DNA of 61,837 bases from a virus (lineage: Duplodnaviria; Caudoviricetes): positions 1-61,837 of the IMG/VR virus record IMGVR_UViG_3300028840_003061; one strand, 5' to 3'. The notes beneath the pieces are model-generated. The model ran no database searches and had not been told where the DNA came from. It worked only from the letters and a program-made list of their open reading frames with translations. The position numbers were made by a program, and so were the translations under genes. This document shows positions 1 to 8,962 of this stretch, piece after piece; position 1 is the stretch's first letter, and each line of letters starts with the position of its first letter.

Positions 1-99
1 ATAGAGCGGATAAAGGTTTTGGAGTTAAGACTTCAAGCAAAAGGAATGCGCAGGAGAAGTGACACGACCACAGGAAAAGGTATTGGTGAAGAGCGATGA
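1..99 (+). CDS. 3' end of a hypothetical protein (truncated by window)
   Basis: Open frame from position 1 to TGA at 97-99, which overlaps an ATG at 96. Confidence 0.4.
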   Translation: MERIKVLELRLQAKGMRRRSDTTTGKGIGEER

Positions 100-129
100 T
101 AAAAAAGATTGAGATCCCGTATTATTTAG

Positions 130-450
130 ATAACCCAATGCAAAAAGCGCCAAGTAACCGCTCGTATAGTTACTAAAGAAGGCTCTGAGGTTGCATATGG
201 ACGTAACCTAATTCGTAATATGGATGTTATGGAGTGTCCTAGGCTTCCTGGAGAGGGATATGAAAAGTGCGATAGTATATGCGGAATTACTGCTCATGCG
301 GAGATAAATGCTATAAAAATGGCTAAATCTTTCGGTATGGACTTAAAAGAGGCTACTCTTTACTTGACAGGACACGAAAAACCATGTTATGATTGTAAAT
401 GTGCATGTGATGCAGAAGGGATGCATATAATCGTATTGGAGGAAAAATGA
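130..450 (+). CDS. dCMP deaminase-like protein; start uncertain (ATA at 130, or frameshift from ATG 96)
   Basis: HAEINA and PCYDC zinc motifs; the in-frame sequence upstream of ATG 220 reads CKKRQVTARIV...GRN, matching the family N-terminal motif. Confidence 0.8.
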   Translation: MTQCKKRQVTARIVTKEGSEVAYGRNLIRNMDVMECPRLPGEGYEKCDSICGITAHAEINAIKMAKSFGMDLKEATLYLTGHEKPCYDCKCACDAEGMHIIVLEEK

Positions 451-767
451 TTTTAGGTATTGGTATTGTTATTATCGCTGCTCTCATTACTATGGCAGCC
501 ATCTATTTTTATGAGGACTATAGATTCCAAAAAGAATTTGAAAGTGCGTTTATTAAAGAGTTAGAAAAAGAAACCTTTATTGGAACAAAAATAGAGGTCC
601 CTAAAGTAAAGCAGAACCTTCCCCAAAAAGATACAGAGTTTTTTTGGTATGATTCAGAGTTTGATCTTGTTTTTATTCTTAAGGCTAATCAACACGACGA
701 TATACTGAACCAAAAAAATATTAACCAATCTGGCTGGAACGGGTTCGATTACATTGGTATAGTATAA
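447..767 (+). CDS. Membrane-anchored hypothetical protein
   Basis: N-terminal hydrophobic helix; GGAGG RBS; ATGA overlap. Confidence 0.65.
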   Translation: MILGIGIVIIAALITMAAIYFYEDYRFQKEFESAFIKELEKETFIGTKIEVPKVKQNLPQKDTEFFWYDSEFDLVFILKANQHDDILNQKNINQSGWNGFDYIGIV

Positions 768-1456
768 TGAATGGCATATTAGTAGAATTACAAGAGACAA
801 TGGGATCAGATACATCTATAGCAAATGCCGCTTGGTGTTCTACATACGACAAAGATAAAAGAGAAGGTAAATATGACGATCCGGACAAAGTTGCTGATCT
901 TGTTGAAAGATTGATTACTGATGGTCATGGAACTCCAGTAGAATCTGTGGTGTTTAGGTTCTGGATTAGAATGCCTATCTTTATTGACAGACAGCACGTT
1001 ACGCATAGATTAGCATCACACAACGGCCTTTCTGGTAGATATCGCACAATGCCCCACGATTGGTATAATGTACCAGAGGATGTAAAAGAAATACTAAATA
1101 AAGTAAACTGTCCAGGTTACATTGATGAATATGAAGTTAACTGTCATAAAGCATACGAAAGTTACAACTATCAGATTAAAAAACTTAAAGAAAAAGAAAA
1201 GGTCGGAGAATTAACAAACGCAGAGTTTAAGAGAGTTAGAGAAGTCATTAGAGGCCAATTACCTACCGCAGGATTTGTAGAAAGGACTACAGTAATGAAC
1301 TTAAGATCGTTTGCTAATTATATTAGACAAAGAACTGACTCTCATGCGCAAAAAGAAATTCAATTTGTCGCAAACGAGATGTTGAGAGCAGTTAAAGAAG
1401 CTAATGTGTGTCCAACAGCAATTGCTACCCTAGAAAAAACAGGGTGGGCTATCTAA
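767..1456 (+). CDS. thyX: FAD-dependent thymidylate synthase ThyX
   Basis: H-x-T-P-x-E, RQHVTHRLASHNGLSGRY (ThyX motif), MNLRSF, HAQKEI. Confidence 0.93.
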   Translation: MNGILVELQETMGSDTSIANAAWCSTYDKDKREGKYDDPDKVADLVERLITDGHGTPVESVVFRFWIRMPIFIDRQHVTHRLASHNGLSGRYRTMPHDWYNVPEDVKEILNKVNCPGYIDEYEVNCHKAYESYNYQIKKLKEKEKVGELTNAEFKRVREVIRGQLPTAGFVERTTVMNLRSFANYIRQRTDSHAQKEIQFVANEMLRAVKEANVCPTAIATLEKTGWAI

Positions 1457-2034
1457 TGAATAAATACTTACGTAAACTTCTCAATGGGGACAATCCAAAA
1501 TGGTATCATAAAATAACAGATCCAGTGCTAGATCTTTTATATGATATTAAAGTATATATAGTAACTTTTTTTACAAATATTAAAAGAGTAATTGACTATC
1601 TGCCCCTTATATGGAATGATAGGGATTGGGATCATTACTTTCTTATTAGTTTAATGCAATTTAAGCTTAAAAGAATGAAGTATTATTTCGATAACCACGG
1701 TATTGCAGATATGACAGAGAATAATGAACTAAAAGCTTTGGACTTTATTATAAAGATTGGAGATAGATATAGTTCTGCTGATGATGAAGAGAATTCACAT
1801 TTCTATAAGTTACATAATAAAAAATGGGGAGAGTTGGATATTAAGAGTAAAGATGCTGGAGAAGGTTTAAGTGAGTTAATTTTCTCCAGACCTAACGCAA
1901 ACACTGAAGAAGAAAAAGAACAAGAAAGAAAAGAGTTTCTAGAAAGTACGAAAGTTGACGAGAGAAGAAGGCAGAGATTAAAAAAGTACTATTTTTCTGC
2001 TTTAGATAAATACGTAGAATATTTTTGGGACTGA
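1456..2034 (+). CDS. Hypothetical phage protein
   Basis: Long ORF; ATG 1456 coupled to the thyX stop (TAATG); IWNDRDWD motif. Confidence 0.7.
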   Translation: MNKYLRKLLNGDNPKWYHKITDPVLDLLYDIKVYIVTFFTNIKRVIDYLPLIWNDRDWDHYFLISLMQFKLKRMKYYFDNHGIADMTENNELKALDFIIKIGDRYSSADDEENSHFYKLHNKKWGELDIKSKDAGEGLSELIFSRPNANTEEEKEQERKEFLESTKVDERRRQRLKKYYFSALDKYVEYFWD

Positions 2035-2038
2035 TTTT

Positions 2039-2185
2039 ATGTTAGAGTTTTTATGTACAATTGGATGGCATAACTGGACACCTTGGTACTACGTTGCTTT
2101 TGGCATGGCTAGAGCTAGAAAATGTAAAAGGTGTAAAAAGATAGAAAGAGAAACACTAAAAGAAGCAATGGTGAGGTGTAAATGA
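2039..2185 (+). CDS. Small Cys/His zinc-binding protein (48 aa, not in ORF track)
   Basis: MLEFLCTIGWHNW...KCKRCKK; fills the intergenic gap; stop overlaps the next ATG. Confidence 0.6.
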   Translation: MLEFLCTIGWHNWTPWYYVAFGMARARKCKRCKKIERETLKEAMVRCK

Positions 2186-3288
2186 GACTTTCACATAGCG
2201 CAATGGAAAAGTACAGAAGTTGTCCGGCTTCCTATAATCTACACTATAATGAAAAATTGAGAAGTCATAGAATACCGAGCCCATTTTTATTGGGTACAGC
2301 AACAGATGAGGCTTTTAATATTATCCTTTTAAGAAAAAAGGATAGCCTTACCGAGTCCGAAAAGAATAAGGTAGAGTTAGATCCGTATAAAATATTTGAT
2401 TATTATTTTACCAAAAGACAGGTAGGGGAGGAGTTATTAGACATAAGAACTTCTGAATTACCTGAATATTATAAGTCTGACTTCGATCCCTTTGTTTTAA
2501 AAGAAGAGGATTGGAAGACCTTGGAGATGTACATAAAAAATGCCGGGTATGACATAGAAGATCCTGAAGAGCTATATTATACTTTACAGGATACAGACAA
2601 AAAGGGCCTATCTTTTACTGATGCATGTTATATAAACTATTGTTGTTGGCTTTCTTTAAGAAGAAAGGGTCATTTAATGATAGATACTTATGTAAATGAA
2701 ATTATGCCTAAAATAAAGAAAGTACACAGCATCCAGAGGGAAGTTGATCTTCCGAATGATGATGGAGATCATATTTGCGGATTTATTGATTTTGAGGCAG
2801 AGTTAGAAGGCCATGAAGGAATTTATACTGTAGATAATAAAACATCTGGTCGTTCATATAAAAAAGACGCAGTTAATGAAAAAGAGCAGTTACTATTGTA
2901 TGACGAAGAGACTAATAACGGCAAAGCAGCGTATATTGTCCTGCTTAAGGACATAAAACATACAAAAGAATTAACGTGTGTAGAGTGCGGAAAAGTATAT
3001 AAAAGAGCAGTAAAGTCTTGTGGGAACACAATTGATGGTAAAAAATGTAATGGGGAACTAGAACTTAGTATAGTCGAATCTAAAGCCAAGCATCAAATAG
3101 TGGTAGATACTATAAATGAAGAAAAAAAAGATTTGCTATTTGAAGAAATAGATGATATACTCTTAAATATCAGAGAAGAGAAGTTTCCTCAAAATAGAGA
3201 TAACTGCTTTTCATACGGTAAAAAATGTATCTATTATGATGTTTGTAGAGACGGAAATCGAGAAGGTTTACACGTAAAAAGGAGATAG
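2182..3288 (+). CDS. PD-(D/E)XK exonuclease, Cas4/RecB-like, with zinc-ribbon insert
   Basis: LSHS...CP N-terminus; GFID...VDNKT...Q..LY; C-terminal C-x6-C-x5-C; internal CVECG...C...C. Confidence 0.85.
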   Translation: MRLSHSAMEKYRSCPASYNLHYNEKLRSHRIPSPFLLGTATDEAFNIILLRKKDSLTESEKNKVELDPYKIFDYYFTKRQVGEELLDIRTSELPEYYKSDFDPFVLKEEDWKTLEMYIKNAGYDIEDPEELYYTLQDTDKKGLSFTDACYINYCCWLSLRRKGHLMIDTYVNEIMPKIKKVHSIQREVDLPNDDGDHICGFIDFEAELEGHEGIYTVDNKTSGRSYKKDAVNEKEQLLLYDEETNNGKAAYIVLLKDIKHTKELTCVECGKVYKRAVKSCGNTIDGKKCNGELELSIVESKAKHQIVVDTINEEKKDLLFEEIDDILLNIREEKFPQNRDNCFSYGKKCIYYDVCRDGNREGLHVKRR

Positions 3289-3289
3289 A

Positions 3290-3595
3290 ATGCCACCAAA
3301 AACTAAGGCTCAGTTAGAAAAAGAAATTAAAGAGCTTAAATGTATCATAAGAGAATTACGCTCTGAAGTAAAAACAGAGGATGCTGAACTATCGGATATG
3401 GATAGCAAAGCCATTGGTGTATTTCTCGATGATGATAAAATTTATAATTTAGCAGAAATTAGCTTTTCTTCTACGAAAAAGTCTGCTATGATTACAGATG
3501 TAAAGAAAGTATCTAGAAATAAGATGGATACTTCATCTGCACTTAGAAAAGCAATTATTGATGAATTAATTAAAGTTTCAAAAGGAGGAAGATAG
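3290..3595 (+). CDS. Hypothetical protein
   Basis: AGGAG RBS; operonic position. Confidence 0.65.
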   Translation: MPPKTKAQLEKEIKELKCIIRELRSEVKTEDAELSDMDSKAIGVFLDDDKIYNLAEISFSSTKKSAMITDVKKVSRNKMDTSSALRKAIIDELIKVSKGGR

Positions 3596-4329
3596 TGGCA
3601 GAACAAGCCGAAGAAATGATGGAGATTCCAGTAGCAACAGTTGCTAATATGGAGCAAAATCAATCAGACCTAATGAGCGAAAACAAGCGTCTTCACGAAA
3701 AAATGGCAGAGTTGCAAAGGGGTAAATTAATTTACTCTAAGATGCTGGCAGTTAAAAAAGACATCGGATCTGTAGGAAAAGATCAGGAAAATACATCACA
3801 AGGTTGGTCTTTTCGTGGTATTGATCAGTTCGTAAATGCTCTGCATCCAATTCTAAATAAACATGGAGTAGGTGTTAGTATGGACGTTAAGCAGAATGCA
3901 GAGACGTTCCAAACTGCGAAACTCGCTAACGGAAAAGAACGAGTTACAAAGAATACTAGAATTATTATGGAATACACGTTCTTTGCTGAAGATGGATCTA
4001 GTATTAAATGCTCTGTTCCTGCTGAAGGAGTTGATCCTGGAGACAAAGGTACCAACAAAGCCCTATCTGCGGCTCTTAAGTATTGCTTAATTCAGACTTT
4101 CTTTGTTCCTACTGAAGATATGGCTGAGGGGGATAAGGACATTGTAACTGTAGACGGAGAAGCAGAATCTAAAGAACCCAAGCAAGCTAAAAGGACATTT
4201 GCTAGAAAAGCATCGGCTTCGGCAAAAAAAGCTGAAGAACAGGCTCCGGAAGCAAAAAAGAAACGGTCTTTTAGAAAAAGTATGGTTAAACCAGCAAGTG
4301 AGGAGGTAGAAGGTGTCACAGAACTCTGA
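3595..4329 (+). CDS. ERF-family ssDNA annealing protein
   Basis: VGKDQEN..QGWSFRGID, EGVDPGDKGTNKALSAALKY..IQTFFVPT. Confidence 0.88.
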   Translation: MAEQAEEMMEIPVATVANMEQNQSDLMSENKRLHEKMAELQRGKLIYSKMLAVKKDIGSVGKDQENTSQGWSFRGIDQFVNALHPILNKHGVGVSMDVKQNAETFQTAKLANGKERVTKNTRIIMEYTFFAEDGSSIKCSVPAEGVDPGDKGTNKALSAALKYCLIQTFFVPTEDMAEGDKDIVTVDGEAESKEPKQAKRTFARKASASAKKAEEQAPEAKKKRSFRKSMVKPASEEVEGVTEL

Positions 4330-4642
4330 TACAGATAAAATTGTAGAAGCTGCTCCAGAAGTTGCGGCAATTACTTTGGATCAAGCAGCGGGAGCTTTTG
4401 AGAAAGATTTGGACGATGCTTTTTCTATAATCAATAATTTGTCTAAAAACGAACTGCAGCGAGTAATGAAGAAGTTACTAGCACATCCGTTTCATGACGA
4501 TAGAGTTGATTTGGGAAAAGGGGCTCTAGAGAGACAAATTTACGATAGAGGACTAACTATTGCTGCATTTAAAATGTATATGACGTTAGAGCATTTAAAA
4601 ATGGAAGCAGATAAGCAAGAACAAGGAGAAGAAAGTGAGTAA
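4313..4642 (+). CDS. Hypothetical protein
   Basis: GGAGG RBS; GTG start. Confidence 0.65.
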   Translation: MSQNSDTDKIVEAAPEVAAITLDQAAGAFEKDLDDAFSIINNLSKNELQRVMKKLLAHPFHDDRVDLGKGALERQIYDRGLTIAAFKMYMTLEHLKMEADKQEQGEESE

Positions 4643-4871
4643 ATTTAAGAATCACCATGAGCGAAGAAAGGCGGCTATTGGAGGCTCTGAGGCCTCTTCT
4701 GAGAAGACTTCAGAACAGCCTAAGCTAGAGGTAGCTGTAGAAGAAAGCAGCCAACCAGAGGCTTCTACGGAGCTTGTGGGAGATGTAAATGGAGATGGTG
4801 CTGTAGATCAGCAAGATTTGGAACAATTAGAAGAAATTATTGAAGAAACAGAAGATAAAGGAGAATTATAA
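4635..4871 (+). CDS. Small acidic protein with EF-hand/dockerin-like loop
   Basis: GDVNGDGAVDQQDL. Confidence 0.6.
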   Translation: MSKFKNHHERRKAAIGGSEASSEKTSEQPKLEVAVEESSQPEASTELVGDVNGDGAVDQQDLEQLEEIIEETEDKGEL

Positions 4872-5195
4872 ATGGCATTTCTAGATGTAGGAGCAATTTT
4901 GCTTTCTAGCGGAAAAAACGGAAAACCAAAAAGATTGTTTATTAGTTTGGATAAACAGAGACAAAAAGACGGAACATATTCTACTAAAAATTTAGTAGTA
5001 TTAAGGGATGCTCTTACTGAGTATATAGAGAACCCCTCCGAGTATGGCGTATCCCTTATGATTGAGAAACCAGAAACAGAAATTCGTAGATTAGCAGATT
5101 TAGGTTATATAGAAGAAGAGGATGTAGAGAAACGAATAGAACAGCTACCAGAGTCCCTTAAATATAAAATCAAATATGTGCAAGATAGTAAATAA
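4872..5195 (+). CDS. Hypothetical protein
   Basis: AGGAG RBS; last gene before the terminator. Confidence 0.7.
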   Translation: MAFLDVGAILLSSGKNGKPKRLFISLDKQRQKDGTYSTKNLVVLRDALTEYIENPSEYGVSLMIEKPETEIRRLADLGYIEEEDVEKRIEQLPESLKYKIKYVQDSK

Positions 5196-5238
5196 TTGTA
5201 GCCAAGGTTGCTACTTTTCATGATGACCTCCTTAGTTT

Positions 5239-5264
5239 GGCCCGGTAGAAATACCGGGTTTTTT
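5239..5264 (+). terminator. Rho-independent terminator
   Basis: CCCGGTA-GAAA-TACCGGG followed by a T run. Confidence 0.88.
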
Positions 5265-5274
5265 GTTTTTATAG

Positions 5275-5304
5275 TTGACATACTGTGATGATAGTTGATA
5301 TATT
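5275..5304 (+). promoter_or_regulatory. Sigma-70 promoter upstream of ncRNA copy 1
   Basis: TTGACA, 18-nt spacer, extended -10 TGaTATATT; predicted start about 5310-5311. Confidence 0.75.
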
Positions 5305-5309
5305 ATATT

Positions 5310-5532
5310 TGTAGGACGGTGCTGGAAGCTGTGGTTTGCGCCCTTTGATTAGGTTTAAAAGTAGGACAATTTAGCGCACTTACTTTGTTGAATAAATAGG
5401 CTGTTACAGTCCAACAAAAGGCCACTGGAGAAGCACAGAAAGATTGGGCACAGTCAACCGAAGCCTAGGTAGTAGGGAAGACCTTTCGATAGCCGCCGAC
5501 TATCATTGCCAGAGTAGCGACTGGCTCCTACA
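5310..5532 (+). ncRNA. Structured ncRNA of unknown family, copy 1
   Basis: Closing stem TGTAGGA/TCCTACA; GTGCT/AGCAC; GTGGTT/GGCCAC; hairpin GCCAG-AGTAGCGA-CTGGC; homologous to 59987-60152. Confidence 0.75.
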
Positions 5533-5553
5533 CTTTTTATTAAGGGAGAGAGG

Positions 5554-5784
5554 GTGAAAAGAAGCGAGATGTTACATAAAATAAAAGAACATTATATGTT
5601 AGGAACGATTTACAAAACAGAGCCGGATAGATTCGCTGAAATTGTTTTAGATGCTATTGAGGAATCTGGTATGTTGCCCCCGTTAGCTAAAAACCCAAAT
5701 CCGACAGGAGGATGTTTATGTACTCTAAGGGAGTCTTGTTATAATTGCGGAGGCGGTAATGAATGGGAGCCTGAAGATGGTTAG
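5554..5784 (+). CDS. Small 'MKRSEM...GMLPP' protein, paralog 1
   Basis: Shares MKRSEM, DRFA, GMLPP and W..EDG with 59373-59657. Confidence 0.75.
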   Translation: MKRSEMLHKIKEHYMLGTIYKTEPDRFAEIVLDAIEESGMLPPLAKNPNPTGGCLCTLRESCYNCGGGNEWEPEDG

Positions 5785-5917
5785 TATGTTTTTTATGGTA
5801 TTAGGTACTTTCACTTCTTCAATAGTGATTACCGCTATTTTAGAGGAAGATCCGTGGTCTGCGTTTGCTTTTATTGTATTATCTGGTATACTGTTTTTTA
5901 TGGGATGTAACACATGA
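5777..5917 (+). CDS. Small membrane protein (46 aa)
   Basis: Two hydrophobic stretches; overlapping start and stop with neighbours. Confidence 0.5.
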   Translation: MVSMFFMVLGTFTSSIVITAILEEDPWSAFAFIVLSGILFFMGCNT

Positions 5918-6060
5918 AGCTAAATTTATTTTTTCTTTTAATTAATAGTATTTTCTTTTCTATTTTTTTAAGTTATGGTAGTATATTAGTTATACCTTAT
6001 GCGGTTATTATTTTTGTAATAATTAATGATATTGTTAATAAGTTGGAGGACAAGAGTTGA
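5914..6060 (+). CDS. Small membrane protein (48 aa)
   Basis: ATGA overlap; hydrophobic; stop overlaps the primase start. Confidence 0.5.
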   Translation: MKLNLFFLLINSIFFSIFLSYGSILVIPYAVIIFVIINDIVNKLEDKS

Positions 6061-8072
6061 TGTATAGAAGGCTGGTCAAAGGGTTAAATCAAAAAGGGGA
6101 ACTAATTCCGTATACTGATAATATATATGATCATGTTACTAATCTTAAAAAGGATCATTATTTAAGTGTGTGTCTGTATAATGAAAAGCAAAGAGAGCGC
6201 TTCTACACCCCTATTGAAAAAACTAATATAGATACCGGAGAGGTATATAAAACCATTAATGGTGCTGCCGGTATTGATGATGTTGTTACGGATAAGTTGG
6301 TATTTGATTTTGATGTGAAGGATGGTAACTTAGAAGCAGCTAGAAAAGATACCTTAGAGGTTATTGCTAGATTAAACTCATATGGCGTAGAGTCTGATGA
6401 CATTGAGATTACTTTTTCGGGAAATAAAGGCTTTGGTCTTGTTGTAAATCTAGATGAAAGTATTACTCCAGATGAGCATAAAGATATGGCACTTGGAATT
6501 GCTGGAGATTTAGATACAACGGATTTCGTAATATACAACCCCTCTAGGGTACTAAGAGTTCCTTGTACAAAACATCAAGATAGTAAACTATTCAAAACTT
6601 ACCTTAGTTCCGATGAACTGAAAACGGCATCTATAGATGACATTAAACAATGGTCAAAAGAAGAGTTTATTCCAGACGATGCAATAAGCTTTCCGAAAAT
6701 TAAATTGCCGAAAGAGATTAAGGCGTTTAAGAATAAAAAAGAAGTACCAAAAGAAACTGTGGAGTTTGGTACTGAAAATCTTTACGATAAGATATGTACA
6801 CTTGATTTTAGTAAAAAGCCTAAGTGGTTGTCGCATTGGAAATATGCGTTGAGTAATGGGTATTTCCCATCCGGCATGCGCAACTACTCTCTTTTAATTC
6901 TTGGGGCAACCTATGCTGGACAGGGGTTCAATAAAGCCACGACATATCGAATGCTAAAAGGAGCTGCAGAATTACAAAGCGAAAGGTTTGGCCAAGATAG
7001 ATTTCCCGATGAAGAGATCTGGAAAAATATTATCGGACAGATATATGGAGGTAGTTGGACTGGGGGAACATATTCCGAGGATAATTTTCCAGAAGAGCTT
7101 CAACAGTATCTAGACGATTTGGGAATCGAAAGAACCCCTTCTGATGACGATGATAATAGATTAGTTGAGGTATTGGGAGAAGGGTTTGATGTTTTTGCAG
7201 AATATGCAAGAACTATAAATGAACATACTATAAAAACTGGGATACATCCTCTAGACGAAAAACTAAAAATACGTGCAGGTCATTTAGTGTTTATCTTAGC
7301 ACCCCCTTCTGTGGGAAAGACAAGCGCGTTGGTATCTATATTAAACCATACTAGCAAAATGGGAATACAGTCATATTTCTCAAGTTTAGACATGTACAGA
7401 CTAGAAGTATATAAGAAATTAATACAAAAACATACCAGAATGTCCGAGGACCAAATATTTGATGCATTTGTTAAAGGGGATGTAGAATTAATCACTAGAT
7501 TTAGAAATATATTAAAAGAAGAGTATGAAAATGTTAACTTGTCTTATAAATCTGGAGAATCGGTTAGTGATATGAGGAGATCTATTGAAAGCATTGAAGC
7601 GAAGACTGGTAAAAAAATTGATTTGGTTGCGGTAGATTATTTAGAGTTGGTACTAACAGAAGCGGGAGATCCAACTGCAGCAACCGCAGAGGCGGCTCAG
7701 AAGCTAAGAGAGTTAGCAAATGAAGGTAGAGTTGTGATATGTCTACTTCAGCCCAATAAACATAACTCTCATCCAAATGAACCCATTACTAGCTTTAATG
7801 GAGCAAAAGGATCTTCAAGTATTGCACAAGCATGTTCCGCCTTCCTGACGTTGCATAGGCCAGGTATGGATTCAACTAACGATAACGTAGATGATAATTT
7901 TATGGGAATAAATTGTGTAAAAAATAGAAACGGTCCTTTGTTCAGTTTGGATTTAGCGTGGGATGGGAAAACACAAACTATTTCAGAGTTAGATGATTCT
8001 GGAAGAGCTGAATTAAAAAGACTAAGGCAGAGACAAAAGGAAGAAAAAGAACAAGATGATGGGTGGTTGTAA
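6057..8072 (+). CDS. AEP-type primase fused to DnaB-like helicase
   Basis: FDFD, FSGNKGF, D..IYNPSRVLRVP; Walker A APPSVGKT; VDYLE; KNRNG. Confidence 0.88.
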   Translation: MMYRRLVKGLNQKGELIPYTDNIYDHVTNLKKDHYLSVCLYNEKQRERFYTPIEKTNIDTGEVYKTINGAAGIDDVVTDKLVFDFDVKDGNLEAARKDTLEVIARLNSYGVESDDIEITFSGNKGFGLVVNLDESITPDEHKDMALGIAGDLDTTDFVIYNPSRVLRVPCTKHQDSKLFKTYLSSDELKTASIDDIKQWSKEEFIPDDAISFPKIKLPKEIKAFKNKKEVPKETVEFGTENLYDKICTLDFSKKPKWLSHWKYALSNGYFPSGMRNYSLLILGATYAGQGFNKATTYRMLKGAAELQSERFGQDRFPDEEIWKNIIGQIYGGSWTGGTYSEDNFPEELQQYLDDLGIERTPSDDDDNRLVEVLGEGFDVFAEYARTINEHTIKTGIHPLDEKLKIRAGHLVFILAPPSVGKTSALVSILNHTSKMGIQSYFSSLDMYRLEVYKKLIQKHTRMSEDQIFDAFVKGDVELITRFRNILKEEYENVNLSYKSGESVSDMRRSIESIEAKTGKKIDLVAVDYLELVLTEAGDPTAATAEAAQKLRELANEGRVVICLLQPNKHNSHPNEPITSFNGAKGSSSIAQACSAFLTLHRPGMDSTNDNVDDNFMGINCVKNRNGPLFSLDLAWDGKTQTISELDDSGRAELKRLRQRQKEEKEQDDGWL

Positions 8073-8521
8073 TGAAAAAAGTAGAATATACTAATTTCGG
8101 GAAAACAAAGTTAGTGCCGCATGTTACTTATACTGGAGGGGAAGTCGATAACCCACCTAAAGATAAGTGGGATGATGAATTATGGATAGGAAGAGGAGAA
8201 GATTGGTATGCTCTTTCGCATTATAGTCGAAATAATAAAACTGTTCTTATTGTAAAAAGGAACGATTTTATTGCAGCCGAAGAAACTAAAGATAGTAAAA
8301 TGGCTGGACTAGAAAAACGCCTGGAGGCCATTAATCGGAAAATAAAAAATGATAAATTTGATGTGGAGTTAGCTAGAAGAGAATGGCAAAAAGAACATGA
8401 ATATCTATTGGATAATAAATATGAAATAGAAAAAGAACTAAGAAAATTAAATGGCGATTTTGATAGAGTACTTGGTGACTTTGTTAACGAACTCACTAAA
8501 GAAGATGATTGGGACTTATAA
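8072..8521 (+). CDS. Hypothetical protein with coiled-coil C-terminus
   Basis: TAATG coupling. Confidence 0.65.
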   Translation: MKKVEYTNFGKTKLVPHVTYTGGEVDNPPKDKWDDELWIGRGEDWYALSHYSRNNKTVLIVKRNDFIAAEETKDSKMAGLEKRLEAINRKIKNDKFDVELARREWQKEHEYLLDNKYEIEKELRKLNGDFDRVLGDFVNELTKEDDWDL

Positions 8522-8760
8522 TGATTAATGAAAAAGCAACCAAGATGCTAAATGAATTACGTAAATCTCATGAATGGTGCTGTATTAAGTTAGTATCGGA
8601 TTATTGTTATGTATGGAATGTTGTGTTAACAAGAGGACATCCACATAATGATGATCATAAGCCCACAATATGGGGCATGTCTTGTGAAGATATTAATGAA
8701 GCAATAGAAAGTGCATATAATCAAGCTATAGAATATTTGGAGAAAGAAGATGAAAACTGA
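8521..8760 (+). CDS. Hypothetical protein
   Basis: TAATG coupling. Confidence 0.6.
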   Translation: MINEKATKMLNELRKSHEWCCIKLVSDYCYVWNVVLTRGHPHNDDHKPTIWGMSCEDINEAIESAYNQAIEYLEKEDEN

Positions 8761-8962
8761 AGAACAAGAAATCAAAGAAACAATCGAATTACTAAGAAAA
8801 AAGCCAAATAACCCAATCTTAATGGAGCTAGAAGATGGGGAATACATCTTATCTCCACGCAAAATATTTGATGATCTGGTAAGTGAAGTGAATGCCTCTC
8901 GTATTAAAAACATGGGAGAAACTGGTGAAGCTACGCTAATTACTATTGGAGAAGAAAGTTGA
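8750..8962 (+). CDS. Hypothetical protein
   Basis: GGAG RBS; operonic overlap. Confidence 0.6.
   Translation: MKTEEQEIKETIELLRKKPNNPILMELEDGEYILSPRKIFDDLVSEVNASRIKNMGETGEATLITIGEES

Noticed and set aside
109-129. Genome-wide TAG stop-codon reassignment
   Set aside because: Long genes are intact in the standard code and several end cleanly at TAG with coupled downstream starts.
2182-3288. CRISPR-associated Cas4
   Set aside because: No cas1/cas2 or array; it lies near ERF, as expected for a phage recombination exonuclease.
5310-5532. tRNA, tmRNA or group I intron identity for the structured RNA
   Set aside because: No T-loop GTTCGA or CCA end, no tag ORF, no P7 elements and no interrupted gene.
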